The translations under genes and the position numbers were made by a program. The notes under the pieces were generated by a model, which saw nothing but the letters and a program-made list of their open reading frames with translations, was not told the origin of the DNA and made no database searches. Below are positions 12,028 through 27,000 of a stretch of 64,000 bases of DNA, piece after piece; position 1 is the stretch's first letter; each line of letters starts with the position of its first letter. This stretch comes from Tubiluchus corallicola (lineage: Eukaryota > Animalia > Priapulida), in NCBI GenBank assembly GCA_030141605.1, contig JAQGDQ010000116.1, forward strand, positions 186,001 through 250,000. Direction: 5' to 3'.

Positions 12028-15000
12028 TCAAGATACCGTCAGTATGTTATTTAACACTGACTTGTGTTTGATATCAGCAACCTCCAGCAACTTTGGACCC
12101 ATTACGGAATACAAGCTTGTGACTAGATGTTCAGTTGCCCCTCTCAGTTCAGAAGTGCCCGTTACTTTGATCTGATTAAGTAAATCCCAGAGAAGCGGCA
12201 GGGCATATCGACTGACAAAGTTTTGCTTGTGAGGATACAGTTCTGTTGCAATTGCTGTATTAAAATAATAAGTATTAGAAATGATTATTGCATAAAATAA
12301 TACAATTATTGCTGCTGCTGCTGCAGCGGCTTTTCAGACTGACGTGCATCCCTACCAATTATGAGCGACATGCAAACAAACATTGCCAATTACAAAGATT
12401 TAATTTTTATGTTATTATGAACTTATTGCAAAATCATACTACTAATGGTTTACAATAAATTTTAACAATTAAAGATAAAAAAAAAAAATATCAGTTTACA
12501 AAAGTATAATTTAACTGCAATGCATGACCATGATTTAACGTTTTACAAATTAAATAGTTAAATATGGAAATACGAAGTTAAACAGTCCCTTAGACTTGAG
12601 AAAATTAGAATGATTAGTAACATTAACACATTCTATAAATAAGCTTAGAAAAATGTCTATATTATCGAGAAAAGGTATTAAATGGTCAGACATAGACAAA
12701 GAGCATGTTCTTATGTGCCAAGAGTCTGTATGGGAGAATCATGAACTTGAATACAAATTTCTTGTTTCTGGCAATTCAGCAAAGGAGCAAAAAACAATAA
12801 ACAGGCATTTCAAACAGCCTCTTACTGATATAGCAATTAGTTACATAGTCGGTCTGGTAACAGGACCTTCATACAATACCTTCATAATATAATAACACGA
12901 CGTTCATTATACGAAGTTTTCAAATCGGTCAGCGGAAGCAAGTGTAGAAACTGCTCCCCTGATCACATTTTTGAAAACTGGCACCATTTTTTAACTCTTT
13001 AGTTCACTTGCGAGATAAAAGTCGAACCTTTTTTATTTTTTTAAATTGCATGGCCTTGGAGGAATTTTCTGGAGTTATTACTTTATCTGACAAATAAGCG
13101 TGCATTGAAGTGTTTTTGAAATGAGCGTGCATTTATGCAACTCATTTGTCAAGGTTGACTGAACCAAGGATCAAATTGCCCCAAATTTGATATTATAAAA
13201 CACTTTATAGTGTTTCATTTTAAATACAAAATAACAAAACTGTACCTTGCTTGTGTTTTGATTTTAAACACAAAATTAAAATGTATGATCAATGAATAAA
13301 AAATTATGTGGCCTTTTTATATGCTTGCTCCCCCTAACTTTAGAACCCGGCTTTGCCCCTCGTATCATTCATATCTCACACTGTCTATTATGTTTATTTG
13401 TGTTATGCCGTAGTGCCTGTGTTGCCCATGCTCACAAATTGTAGTGCATTTCAAAACCATGCTATGAGTGCATATGTACATGGAAATATAGTGAAGGCAT
13501 TTTAGGAAAAGTATCATACTACATACTAAAGAGTTACAGTTGGTATAGATTGTTGATTTTTTTATAGCTTTGCTGGGACCCGTAGTAATGTAGTACCAGG
13601 ACCTGAAAGATTAGTATCGAGCTTTGACAATAAAAACAAATTGTCAAGCCTATCAAGTGAAAAATGATGGTAAAAGAACTAAAAATTGCGACGTACCTGC
13701 CACTCTCATAACCATCGTAGGTTTTCCTTTTGGATTACCATACTGTGCCTGATTTGCAAATGGCTGTAAAAGTGTTGAATATTCTGCAACAAAAATTAGT
13801 TAACTAAAAGTTTCATATTGTTACGAAAAGAATTATAATAAGGAAATTAAATGTGGCGATTTTTTGCATGTAAAACAGAAATAAACTTTTATCTTTTCAG
13901 CATTTTCTTTAATAGATAACTCAATTAAGCCAGGCTGTCTTTCTTGTAAATGCTAACAGACTTCTTATCAACATGTTTTGTTTACAATAAACCACCATGC
14001 TTTGCATTATTAATGATTTGCATTTAAGATTTAGTGTAAGTCATTGTATATGACTTGGCCCCATTACTGTTCTCTTCAGCAACCTTAAAAATCTTCTGCT
14101 GTAGCAAGAAGCAAAATTAAAAGTGTGGTAATGATCTACAAATAATTGTAACAGTCTGAAAATGGCTCAGTAATTACAGAAACACATATACCAAGCAATT
14201 ATCTACTAGAAGTAAATATTCTGTATCAGAAAGCAAATACAGATCGAATCAAATTCTTACTTTCAAACTCGAATCCAACTGAACTTCACAATTTCGAATA
14301 CAAAAATTGAATTTGAATTCACTTGAAAAATTTTTGAATAAATTTTCAAATCATCAATAACAAGCAGTCTCGCAAAGATCATGCATATTGCTGAATCTTG
14401 TTCTGCAGTAAAAATACTCATATCCGTATAAAAGTTGTACATTGAAATTGCAGCAAATTGTGCTGATTGCATGCTGTTTCAAAGGTTTTAATAATAAGAA
14501 CGTATGTAGTTGAAGTTGTGAATTATTCATATTGATAATTTTATGTTCGAATGAAATACTCAAATTAAAAAACTTGTTTTAACTCGAACGTTCGATGCTC
14601 ATCCGTAGTATCTACCCGCATGAGATGCAATGAGTGCTTGCCTAAATAATGTTAAGTATTATAGGTGCTGGAAAAACAGATATAATGTTTTTGGCCTTTA
14701 CAATGCTTCTGATTTAGCAAATAACATAAGCTGTTATAGCAAGTTAAGTAATCCTTTTAATATAAGGCTTACGTAGTACTGAAACTCCAAACTTCACTTA
14801 CCCTTTCCACATTCTGTTAGTGTACCTAACAAGAGAGTCATATTACCTAAATTGCTCATTAGAAGATCTAATACATCCGATGCAGTTGACTCAATATTGG
14901 TGTTTTTAGATGCCAAGCAGAAAGTTAACGGCCCAACTACTGCACTTATGACTGGCTGAAGATCATTGTTTAATAACGGGATCATCTGTTGAAGAGTCTG

Positions 15001-18000
15001 CAGTGCCAACAGATTGACTTTGCTGTTCGTGTCACTTAACCTTGGCACAAGCTTGTCGAAGATCTAAAATAAGAATAAGTACACTTAATATTATTAATGT
15101 GCAGCAGCAAGTTTAAACTATATGTGAAACAGTTACACTACATAAAGGATAATAAGCCAATTGAAGTGAAGCTGCTGATTTGTCTGCAGTGTTTAGTTGT
15201 TTTGATAGCACTATGAACATTCGACACTGGCATTTGTTATTTACGTTAAACTTACCACTAATGCATGCTTAATTAAAGTATTATTTTGCAGTATTTTGAG
15301 TACATCAAAAGCGATTTAAGATTACCACAAAAATTTTAGTTATTATGGTCTAAATCTCTAGAAGCTTCAACACAGTTAAGTACAAATGTCAACTTTCCAT
15401 ATGATAAAATTCTGGTTTATGCTTAGCCATACTTTCAGACACGTGTACACAGAAATACGAAATAATCAATAACTAAAACTAAAGTCCAGTAACATTTAGT
15501 CTTATTGTATCACTTAATGGTTAACATTTGAAAACATATTAGATACTTCTAGGACATGGTAAAAAATACTTAAATACAGCTTAAACAACTCGCTATTGCT
15601 TGGTGTTTAAGTTGAATCAAGTCTGACCTCAGAAAAAATTTAAATTAAATCTGTTATATTTATTAATTCAGACCTTAACAACATCTGTAGAGATAATGTG
15701 AGGTTTTTCATTGCACACTTGTTGAAGTTTTTCCATTCCTTCACATTTTTGTCTCCAGTCCGACGAACCAATTTTGTCTGTAATATCTTTAGTGATATTT
15801 GAGCCTTCTATTCGACCTGCGGGGCGCTTTCTCACACTTGGCTGCTTCTTAACTGGTGCCTTTTTAATGACCGGTGCTCTAAGAAATATCATATTAGTAA
15901 ATCCCACTCATAAATTCAGAATTACAGTATTTTTAATAGAGAGCTAGTAAGTCAAATCTTGGTTGAATATTAAAAATCATTTAGGCACTAAATTATTTAG
16001 GACATTTCAAATTATTTTACATTGATATGTAAGTAACAGGTCTTGAAAATCTGTTCCTTTTCTTGTTATTTTTTAAATGTTCCGCACTTTTTGTTTTTTT
16101 AATATTGATGATGATACCTAAACATTCTCAACTATATCGTTCATTCATTTAAATAAGTAAATGAATAAACATCTCATAAAAGTTTAAAATGCCAAAAGCA
16201 AAGCAAATGTTACCTATGCTCTTCTTGCTCTGGAGAGCCATCGGAGCCGTCATTACTCGTGTCATCCCCTAGACCCTATAAAAATTCAAATTACTGTGAG
16301 TGTGAGGAGCTACAACCAAAGTACTTGAAAAAGTTTTATAAAGCATAGTTGGAGTCTGTTTTTTAGATAACTTCTATCTTTTGTTATGTGATCACATAGA
16401 CACTCAGTCATACCACAGGGCCATATTTACCAATAGGATAAGTGTTTAGGCAATCTATTTTCCCTACGCACCAAATTTTCAGGAGTACCAAATTTTCAAA
16501 TTTTTAGAGGCCCAGAGTTAAAAAATCTAGTTCTTATAATTCTTCTTGGAAAAATTCGCATCCTTTCATGTTTCATATGACTAGTTTTGAGCATGCATTC
16601 AGAGTATTTACTGAACCATATTTATTGTTCGTCACTAAAATAAGTAAGCAAGCTTCAGTCAAGTAGCATTCATTAAAGTATTTATAGTTCCCTGCCTAGT
16701 GCAGATGTTAAAACAACAGGAGATAGGTGGCATATGGTGATTTTGTCAATGTGCAGCAAGCAGAGTGATGTTATAAGAGTTAATATTATAGCAATCTGTT
16801 AAATTACATTGTAGACTGGAAAACATAATTAATATTAGCAATGTAACATGTTCCTGCAGTTGTGTTAAATATCTGATTGAAAGTGTGTAGAGGTCAGCAA
16901 ATTTTTCTGCCTTGTTTTTCTTGGAGGTTGTCAAAAATTTCAGAGGCATAGATCACACAGTATAAATGCAATCAAATCCCAAACTACATGTGGAATACCA
17001 GTAGTGACAACAGTTCATATAAGTGCCTTATAACAAACAAGTATAGTTTGCATAATTAATGTATAAAAGGTACTACCATATTGCACATAGGTGCACGATC
17101 TGTCTAGACATAAGCACTATGCAAATATGCATGTAATTAACAATAACTACATAGGTATGGCTACTAACACACCATAAGTTATTGTGAACTACTTTCATAT
17201 ATAAAAATCCATAATGGAGATGGCCAGGACAAATTATCCGCCTAGAGTGTAGTTATAACTTAATATGCCCTTCTCTGCAGATTTAACTATTTTATTGCTT
17301 TTTATTTATTTATAAAGTGTTGCACAGCCAAGACTGCTACTTTGCTCTACTGCAGAAATTGACATAAATAAGCAACGTACAAATAAAGTCAAAGTTGATT
17401 TTTTATGTAAAACAAAATGCCAAAGTGAACCGACCCATATAAAATTCTGATATTTACTGCTGACTTAAATGAAAAAATCACAAAAGTGGGGCACTACTAA
17501 AAGAAATTTGATACACTGACACTGACACTGACAAAGTGACATTGCTGCTACTCAAGACAAATCTTTGTGGAATACAATTTACTTAAAAGTTATTCAAAGC
17601 GGCAGCTGAAGAATACAACAGTTAGTTAACAGCTTTCATTTTCTCAGAAGTTACAGCTTTCTATGAGTATCTGACAGCTTACAAAAGCGAATAAAGTTGA
17701 GAACAAACAGATCACACACCTTGGCTCGAATATCATTCACTTTATCCTTAACATTTCGTATCTGTGTAGGATTTAGATACTTTTCCAAGGCTTTCTCAAA
17801 CTCAGGATGATCCAAGAGTAAATACAATATCTTTTTTGCATTTGCCCTGTGCAAAGACATTAATCTAATTATTAATTTCTACACAAACCAAAAATATACG
17901 TGAAAGTAAATATGCAGTATTCCTACATACAAATCCAAATTTCATGAAGATTAACTAATTCTTTTGGATGAAAAGTCAGTTCGAGAAAATTGTAATGACT

Positions 18001-21000
18001 GTAATTACTACAGGCATTTGTAATTATATCAGTTGTAATGACTGTGCTGCCAATTATTCTGTGGTGTACAAAAAAAAACTGAAGAGACGAAATAAAAGAA
18101 AGAAAATTACGAATACTTGCTCCAGTAAGACCGACAACTGGAATTTTGTCAAATTTACATTCTTGTGTCGCCTGCCAGGAGGATGTAACAATAAAAATCA
18201 TTTTTCATAGCACTCAACTCATTGAAGAACTGATACTGCTGTTATGTACTTACAAATACCCTTCCATTATTAAACTGTAATGTGCAACACTACATTTTGT
18301 AGAAATTATTCACATTTTGTGAACCTGAACAAATTATTAACATTAACAATATGGCATGCTTAATTGGTGAGACAACCATGTATGTTAAACAGTTAATAAA
18401 AATTCACAATAACATAGGGATAATTCTTAAGAACAAGCTCCTTGTGGTGGGGGACAGGCCATTTGGTCACAGGAAAAATTGAGCACTGTCTCACTTGAAC
18501 ACAAAAAATTTGGCACCAGCACCAACATCGCTCAAACATAGGTACATTATGTCTCTGTTGAGCTACAAATCAGGCTGCTTAATATGAAACTTTTATGGCA
18601 ATCCACGTCTTTTGTTAGGGTGGTAATTACCATGTAACTTAACATGGCTAAAGTTTTTGTAAGAAAAGAAAACTACAATTGTGTAGTTAAAACTGGAAGC
18701 AACTATAATCAACTCACTCACTTAACGTATGTAAAAACACTGCTGATGAGTGCATAATATTATCACACATTTCGTAACTGAATCGCAAGAGACATACAGC
18801 AAAAATTCGTACAATTATAATTGTACCATGCATCATTTGGCTCATTAATTTCGAACTGCAGTTTGAGCAGACTCTAAATTTTGAGGTGAAGAGACGTTTT
18901 AACACGCATATTTCCGAGGTATACTAGCTATTTTTAAAATAAAATTTGTCATATTTAAAAAAATATATGTGTAAACTTGTGGTATCTTTGGATTTATTCA
19001 TTTTAAGAACTGCACATAATAGTAAAGAAAGTGCAGAGTCAATTGATTGGTTTTACTTTCTTTCTCATAAATTACTGCATAAGTTTAATACCAATCTTAA
19101 ACAAAGCGATGATTCTTTTATGACAGTGTATCACTAGAATATCAACAAACAAAAACAAAAATTAGATGCAACTTTAAAATTGATTTATGCACACATATCC
19201 ATGCTGAAGTGTCCCCGTGTCCAAATGTCGTGTGCCCTAGTCTCCTGAGCCCAAGTGGCTGTGCCCAAATGTTGGGTATCCCTTGTTGAGATGTAGCTGA
19301 TTCATTAAAAAGTCCTTAAATCATACCTTGTTTCTTGAGACCCATCGACAGCAAAAGCAGCTACTGCAGGAATAACCCTGTCCGTTAGATCCTTCTGACC
19401 ACTTAGCACTTTAGCCGCTCCCAAACGTTCAATTAGGATTGCCAAGTATTTACTGGTTGTTGTTTTAACATGGCCATTTTTATGGCTAAAAATACCAAAA
19501 TGCAAAGTTGTATTATTTATACGAAATATTGAACCCTGGTGGCAGATAACTGATGAAACAGCTCTTAATTATTATAAAGTAAAGAAGCAAGAAGATCATT
19601 TATCACTTCTCTGAAGCACAGAAGCAGAATGTTGAATGAGAGTTTACCTTTAATACTTTCTTCAGTAATTTTTTTTCTTAGAGTCAAGTTTCCAATAACA
19701 GTATAAAAGCCCTTTTGCAAAGATCTCTTATCATGAAAAACACAATTATCATGGTTAGCGTCATGTGTAATAGCATAGCACGTAACACAATGTGTTAACT
19801 TTACCACAAAACCAAAATACTTACAAAGCACCACCAAGTATTAATGCTAAGACAGCTCTCTGTGGTGAAACTTCATCTACCATAACAGCCAATGCATTTT
19901 CTGATTCATCGCGAATGAATGCATTGCTCTCTCCGTTCTTTTGTAATAAAATTTTTGTGGTCATATCCAGATCCTAAATTTTCCACAAAAAATATTAAAA
20001 GAAATGAAACTGTTATACAAAATTCATTTATGTATATGTTCATGTAGACAAGAAAAGCTTTGAAAATTATGCCCTGAATTCCATAGCAATCAAAGTCAAT
20101 TTTGAAGCATGCATTGCCTGCCTTGAGGCAGAAAAAAATCATTGTTTGTTATTGACATTTTACAGCAACCTGAGGAAGCTTGCAATTTTAAGCAAACTTC
20201 GCTAGCAAAATTTTCTAACTTGAGACAATTACTACCAGATTATTAGACATAATTTCTGCCGATAAAGCGAGATCTTGGTATTGGAACAGGAACAAGAACA
20301 AGAAGGAGAAATTCCACGTGAAATAAATATTAAAATCAATCAGCCACTATTATTATTGCTATTGCTGGTACAAGGCACTGCTCGGTTGTATTGATATGAC
20401 TAGAAGAACCTGGTGTTACCTGCTACTGTACCAAAACAAACTCGTTTCTATAGCTTTAAGTTACAGTAAAAAAAGTGAAGAAATAAGAACTGACAGAGAA
20501 AAATATAAAGAAATACATATTACAGGAAGAGACATGCCTTACTGTAGGCAGGTAACATAATTATATAAAGAACAAATGTACAAAGTTGCCTAGACAGTAA
20601 ATGTAAACCGTCAGTTTACTGTATGGTAAATAATCAATAAGTAAAAATTGCCATTTTCAAAAAAATTTTCTGAACAATTACAGAATAATATTGCTTGGAT
20701 TAATGTTTGAGTATGTGCAATTGTAAATCAATATCATCAAGGAATGAAGTGAAAAAGTTTTACTTTTGAGTCATAATGGAGTGGCAAATAATTATTATAA
20801 TGCATTCTTATTAGTCTAATCAATCACACACCACTTTCAAGGTAAAAGTTATAAAACAGTCCAGTGAAAGAGAATCGATTAAAAACACTATGTACAAGCT
20901 TGTACCATAAAAATCATTAAAAACAATATTCAACCTTTGGTTAATATTTAACATAAAAATTAAGCAATTTCTAGCACCACTTATTAGAATGTGTAAGAGT

Positions 21001-24000
21001 TAGTAAAATCATTACAACAACAAAAATTGTTATTACTAAATATTCTCTTCTAAAAATGTTAATTGAGCAATATTTTTGTGAATAAAAAAATCAGTTACAT
21101 TCATTCCTTTTTTGTCATCATATTATTTTAAAAGAGTTCTGAAGGCAAAATACAGTTGGTGACAAAATGTAGTTTAGATATTCCTGATAATCATATCATA
21201 TTTAAAAACTGATAAATAGCTTTGTACTCCCACAATTAAGTTGTATTCATTTTGACACGACGTCAGTGGTATCTCTAGTGTCATTAACAACGCATGCACA
21301 ATTGCGCATGTGTGGTAAAACAAATAAAATGCTACTATATCAGTTTTTTTTCGCTGAATTTACACAAGTTACATGAAACTACTATCACAGATGGCCAAAA
21401 ACAATTTTTTAATATATCGAATAAGGAGGCAATCAATTTGCTTGTGAAAATGTAACTCTATGGAAACTATATGATATCTGTAGTCTAGCTTGCATGAACA
21501 ATAGGCGTGCAGAGTTCGGGAAATCAAATCATGCTGCAAATTCCTAGCCATAATTTTCTAGGTTATGTGTAGAGTAATCAAGATAAATAATTAACCTTTC
21601 TAGCTAAATTTCACTAAAATTACATTTAGTCTAGGTTAGCTGTAGGACATTCCAACCCTATAGTTTTTTGGCACGAGACTGGATTTTAGTGGTAACCTCC
21701 CTTTCTCCACATTTTGAAAGATTTCTCCTGAATTTCCACCAACTGTTGCTTCAACGTAAAAATTGTACAAAATGCAATCGCAGTGAGAACACCTCTTCCC
21801 CTTTAGCAAAACAGAAATACCCATCTGTCATACTAGATTAGGTGAAAAAAAATTGGAAGCAACATGTAGTATAGGTGCACGACTGCACCAAAATTATATG
21901 ACAGTCAAATTTTGGACTACAAGCAATATTTTTGACTTAAAGATTTAAAGATTTTCTTTTTGGAACCTCATTTGCACATTTGAAAAAATGCCACAACGGT
22001 TTTTCCTCTAAAAATGTGGGGAGCCACTCTTTTAAAGGGTTGAAAAGTGCTAAGTGAAAGGCATTTCTTTTCAGTTTTCTTTTCCTTTTGAACCTCATAA
22101 TAAGTCAAACAGTAAACCTGCCTGCTCAGGCTCAAACAATCGTCGGCAAAGAGCAGGGAACAAACTCTGTCATGCTGTTTCGCTGCCCAGTTTACTTATC
22201 ATTGATCAGTCGATCATACCTAAGAATCTACTGTATCATACAATTTTATCTGTGTAAAAAACAAAAAATGATCCCATTTGCCCTATTTGTCAGAAGAATT
22301 GTTTGAATGGCACAACAAGCACAAGGCAACCTGGCAGTGAAACATTTAATAAGCAGAAATGATCAGAAAACAGAAAGTTAACCTCACTGCAATAATAAAA
22401 CAATCCAGCATGAGATACTGGTGACATCATGCTAAAACTTTTGCACACTGTACCTAATATTTTATATAATATTAATATATATAATATATTATATATAATA
22501 TATTGTTTAATATAATATTTTAATAATTACTAATATTTAAGTTTAGTTTAAATTTTATTTATTTTTAGTGGATTTACAAATATATACTAATATTGATTTC
22601 ATCTATAAAATACAGTGCTTTGAAGTAGACGTGGACAAAGCTACAACTTAAGCTTAACATTAAAAATGAAATTCAGCGCAGCTTTTAAGGCATGGTTATC
22701 CCATGCTTCACACATACCTGTGTATCTGAATTTGAAAATGTGAGACCTTTTCTAGTTTTAAATTACCAGATAGATTCAAATAACACTTAAAAGTGTTCAT
22801 ATGAATATTAAATTAGAAAAAGTTTGATATTAAAAAAGTAATGCATTAATAGAATTTACTTACCAGGTCCATTTGTTTGTGCAAATTTCGATACATATCT
22901 GCCAAACAACCCATAGCCACCCGTGAAACTTGCGACCGTAGATTTTTCACCTCATTTACAACAGCCAGTATAACTGTATGTAGCTGAGCATTGACAGTAT
23001 CTGGACTATTCACAGAAAGCCTTTGTATTGCTTGTAACCCATCAACCTTTGGCTCCCTAAAATTGGAGCACTGTGTCTGTTATCATATATAAGTTTCGTG
23101 ACTTAACTGTCTTTGTAAGGCATGTATAACTGTAACTTACATTAATTAGTTACTTATATAGTAAATAAATTCATTTATATTTACTTGAACTATAACTTGA
23201 TACTTAAATAGACTTAGAAAATCTACATTATCAGACTTGTTAGAGAGACAATGACAAGACTTTTTTGATGTGAAAAAAGCAAAACTAAAAAACTAGTATA
23301 AAGCTTTATCACTACATTTGTGTTTACTGTGTTATTATTAATAATTGAATTTGATTACAAGAATTTTACAATATAACAGTAGCTAGTTTCCTAGGCATAG
23401 TGAATATTTGCTGCCAGGAGTCTTTCATTTGCTGCCCGATGTCATAATTAATGTCCGAGGTGAAGCCCAATTGTGTTATTGATGCCAGAGGGTTATAAAC
23501 GAAAGACCGAGCGATGCAAATATTCATCTTGCTTAAGAAGAACAACATTATTACTCTTATTTCTAATACTAACTTGATACTTAATTTAAACAGAATAGAT
23601 TTCTCTTTTGGAAAATGTTTCTCTTTCTCTCTCTTACTATATATAAAAAAACGTATTTTAGTTATTGATGGATAAGCAGGCTAGCAATCACTCTCTTGTA
23701 CATGCACAGCAATTTAAATCTATGAATACAATTTATTATTAATAAATTCAGATAAGTAAAGATCAAACAATGAAGTGAGTGCAAGTTACACACATTAGTG
23801 ACAGAATACCATATTAAATATCATTAACAAAAATGATATTAACATGCATTAACTTCTTTTTTCACTAAAAAAGTCTGGAATCAATTTAGAATAGTATTCA
23901 CTCAAGCCCTGGTCATCTTTATGTCTTTTTGGTAAAATTTCTAAAATCTGACAACTAGATAAACTGGCATATATATATCTGCCTATAGGTATCTCCATCT

Positions 24001-27000
24001 TACACAACCTGTTCCAGTAAAAAATGAGAAGAAATAAATAAAATAAAACCAAGTACCTACCATTCAGAAGAACTAAGATTGGCTAAAGCTGTTTTAATCA
24101 GTTTTTCAGGATTTGTAATTTCCTTGTCTTTTGCAGATGTTAACTCTAACGATGTTTTGACATCACTGTAACGAAAACGGTACAAACAAAAGTCACAAAG
24201 TGCTACAGGGAACAAATGCGACTTCACGGCTAATTTCTCCTAAACAGATCCTATAAGTTTTAAATAGCAAAAGTGCTGTTAAGCCAAAAATTGTGGGAAT
24301 ATCATATTCAACATTTAAATCGTAATAAACGACACTGATCAGCACAACTAGATTCTCGTTAAATCCAATAACGAGAGTTTTACTTACTCTTTGCTTTTTG
24401 GGAGTTGCCCATTTGCTTGAACTGAGCGCCTAAGAGATTTTCTTCTTTCCGTTCCTTCACTCTCAGTTATGCCTGCTATAAAATTAAAGAAAGAACTATA
24501 TACAATGTAAAAACCAGCCAAAATATCAGTTTCATGCAAATCACAATCCAGAATTAAAAACAGAATATATATTATCAGCTGGAATATTTGCAAAGGTCCA
24601 AAAATGTAGAATATCACTTGTAATCTTTTCTGCAGTCTTATTTTGTTTTTAGAGTTGAAACAATAATCACATTTGTACTGTCTGCTGTATGCTATGTAAT
24701 AGTATTATAGCCAGAATGTTTAATGATAGAGCATGTCCTCATGTTTTAATGCTTGCATAACGTTCAAGAGCAATATAAGTGGACCCACACACACGTAGGG
24801 ATATTTGCTGCTCATTTGTTACATGAAATATAATGTTAAGCTATCTGATTTATCTAAGCTGTTTCATCTGGAGAGGCACTTTCACGGTTTGACCAATTTG
24901 CCCTTATAAAAAGTGGCAGCATGTCCATTCACCTTTATGTATTTTTTCCACTGACACCAAATCAACTATGCCATGTAAAGTTTCTAACTTTCAAGCTTTA
25001 CAGTTTAGTTTCCAATTACTCAGCTGATCACTGCATTATTGCTCATCACAATAAAGACAAAAAGTGTAGTGAACGTAATGTAGAAGTAGCAAAAGCTATT
25101 ATTGTTCACAACAGATTACCAAAAAAAGAATCTTGAGCAGCTTGGTAATCTGCAGTCAAGTAATACATGGCTAAAGACTCCATAAATAACTAATCCTAAT
25201 GGTAATCTGTGCATTTACTTTAGTACAAATTGCTTATAAAACTTCTGGATAATATTCTGACAAAAAAGTTAATCAATTCTGAACTTTAAGGTCACCTAAG
25301 ATACAAGCTTTATTTTACCAGCAAAGGATTGTTTAATACCTTCAACAGGAGCCTTAGAAGGCGAGTGAGGAGATGACATCTGAATTTCCTGTGATTTCTG
25401 TTGTTTTATGCCTACAGGTTTTGTCACAACACCTTGAACAAATGAAGAATAAAAGCAAAAACCATTAACAAGACAAAAAATGGACTACACTCAACTCAGA
25501 TTAGTTTATTGCAGTTCAAGATATGACACAAGACTAAGAAAGGTAGGTGGGCGTACTGTCGAGAAAAATGCAGAAATACCAAGATCTGGAAAATTATTGT
25601 CACTTTTTTTTTCTTGAAAATTAGAAAGGGAACAGAATAAATAAACTCAAGTGCTACGAGTAAAAATCTAGTTCACACTGTGCATAGTTTGCACAGCTTA
25701 TATAAGTGGATGAAAACAAAAGAAGAAAAGACAGTTTACCATTAGCAGTTGCAAATGTTGTGACACCAACAGGAGAAGACTGTCTGGGCGCGTTAACTTC
25801 TAAGAGTTTGTGGTCTTCGAGCTCCACTGTTTTCACAAGTTCACCTTGTACAAATGCATGACAAGTGACAGTTAAATACAAGCACAATAATAAAAATAAT
25901 ATTATTGTGACGACAAAATAATAAAAATTGCCAAGCCATAAGTATAAATATAATAGATTTAGGTCAGTCAATAGGCAAACAAGAGAAGGGTGCAACAGTT
26001 CAGGAAAGAAAGGCTTTCTGGATGATGTATTCCTGGACAGAAATTCAAACAGCATGGAAGCACATAAACGAATCTTGTTTTTTGGAGGAAAGAATGTAGA
26101 AAATGAAAAACTGGGACTATTTAGGCATTTTTAATGTCCGCCGACCTGCAAAGCAAGTTGGATAAAGAAAGAAAGAAATATTCGAGATACTACTTTCACC
26201 AAGTAAAGATACATAATAGAGCCTTACATATTTAAAAATTCAAAATCCCCAAAAAATATTAAACAGACTGAAAGCTGAAATGCGTAGAATACTAAAGAAA
26301 CATTATGAGCTTGTAACAACTAAGACAATATAACCTATCAGAACCAAATATCAATACATACTGTAGAACACAACATCAGTGTTCATATAGGCAGCATATT
26401 GGAGAATTATTACTATGATTCATTTGGACATACCATTAGCTTTGTCTTTACTTTGCTGTGAATTAATTTGTTTCAACTTCATCTGCCGTTCCATCTTCTG
26501 TTCTTGCTGTTGCAGATATCGGCGACGAGCTTCTTCTCTTTCTCTAGCTACGTCAGCATCTTCTACAACTTTTGTGCTGGCCTGTTGTGGAACAGCTTTC
26601 TTTGCATTTAGCTGACTCTCACGTTTAACTTCCGAAGTTACTTTCTTTCCAATTGATTCATCTTCATGTCTATCGTTTGAAACAATTTTTTTGCCAAAAG
26701 CTTGACTATCTGGTTTTACTTCTGGAGATATTTTCTTCTGCAATGACTGATCAACTTTTTTAACCTCCTGGACTACTTTCCTTCCAGTCCGTTGATAATC
26801 TTGTTTAACTTCTGCAGTCTTCCCAATCTGCTGCAAAGTTATTCAGATTGTAACGAGACACAAAATAAATATTCTAGATATAATTTTTTTAAATCAATCC
26901 ACTTAACTTGACAGTAATTTTATTCAATGTGATCATCAAATGTTTAAATAAAAATAGTGTGGTTTAGTGCACAGGAAAGCATCCTTTGCTTTTTTGTCAT

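Noticed and set aside
14230-14610. TCGAA-rich tract ending GCTCATCCGTA, resembling a hAT end
   Set aside because: Left terminus and TSD not identifiable; too decayed to call.
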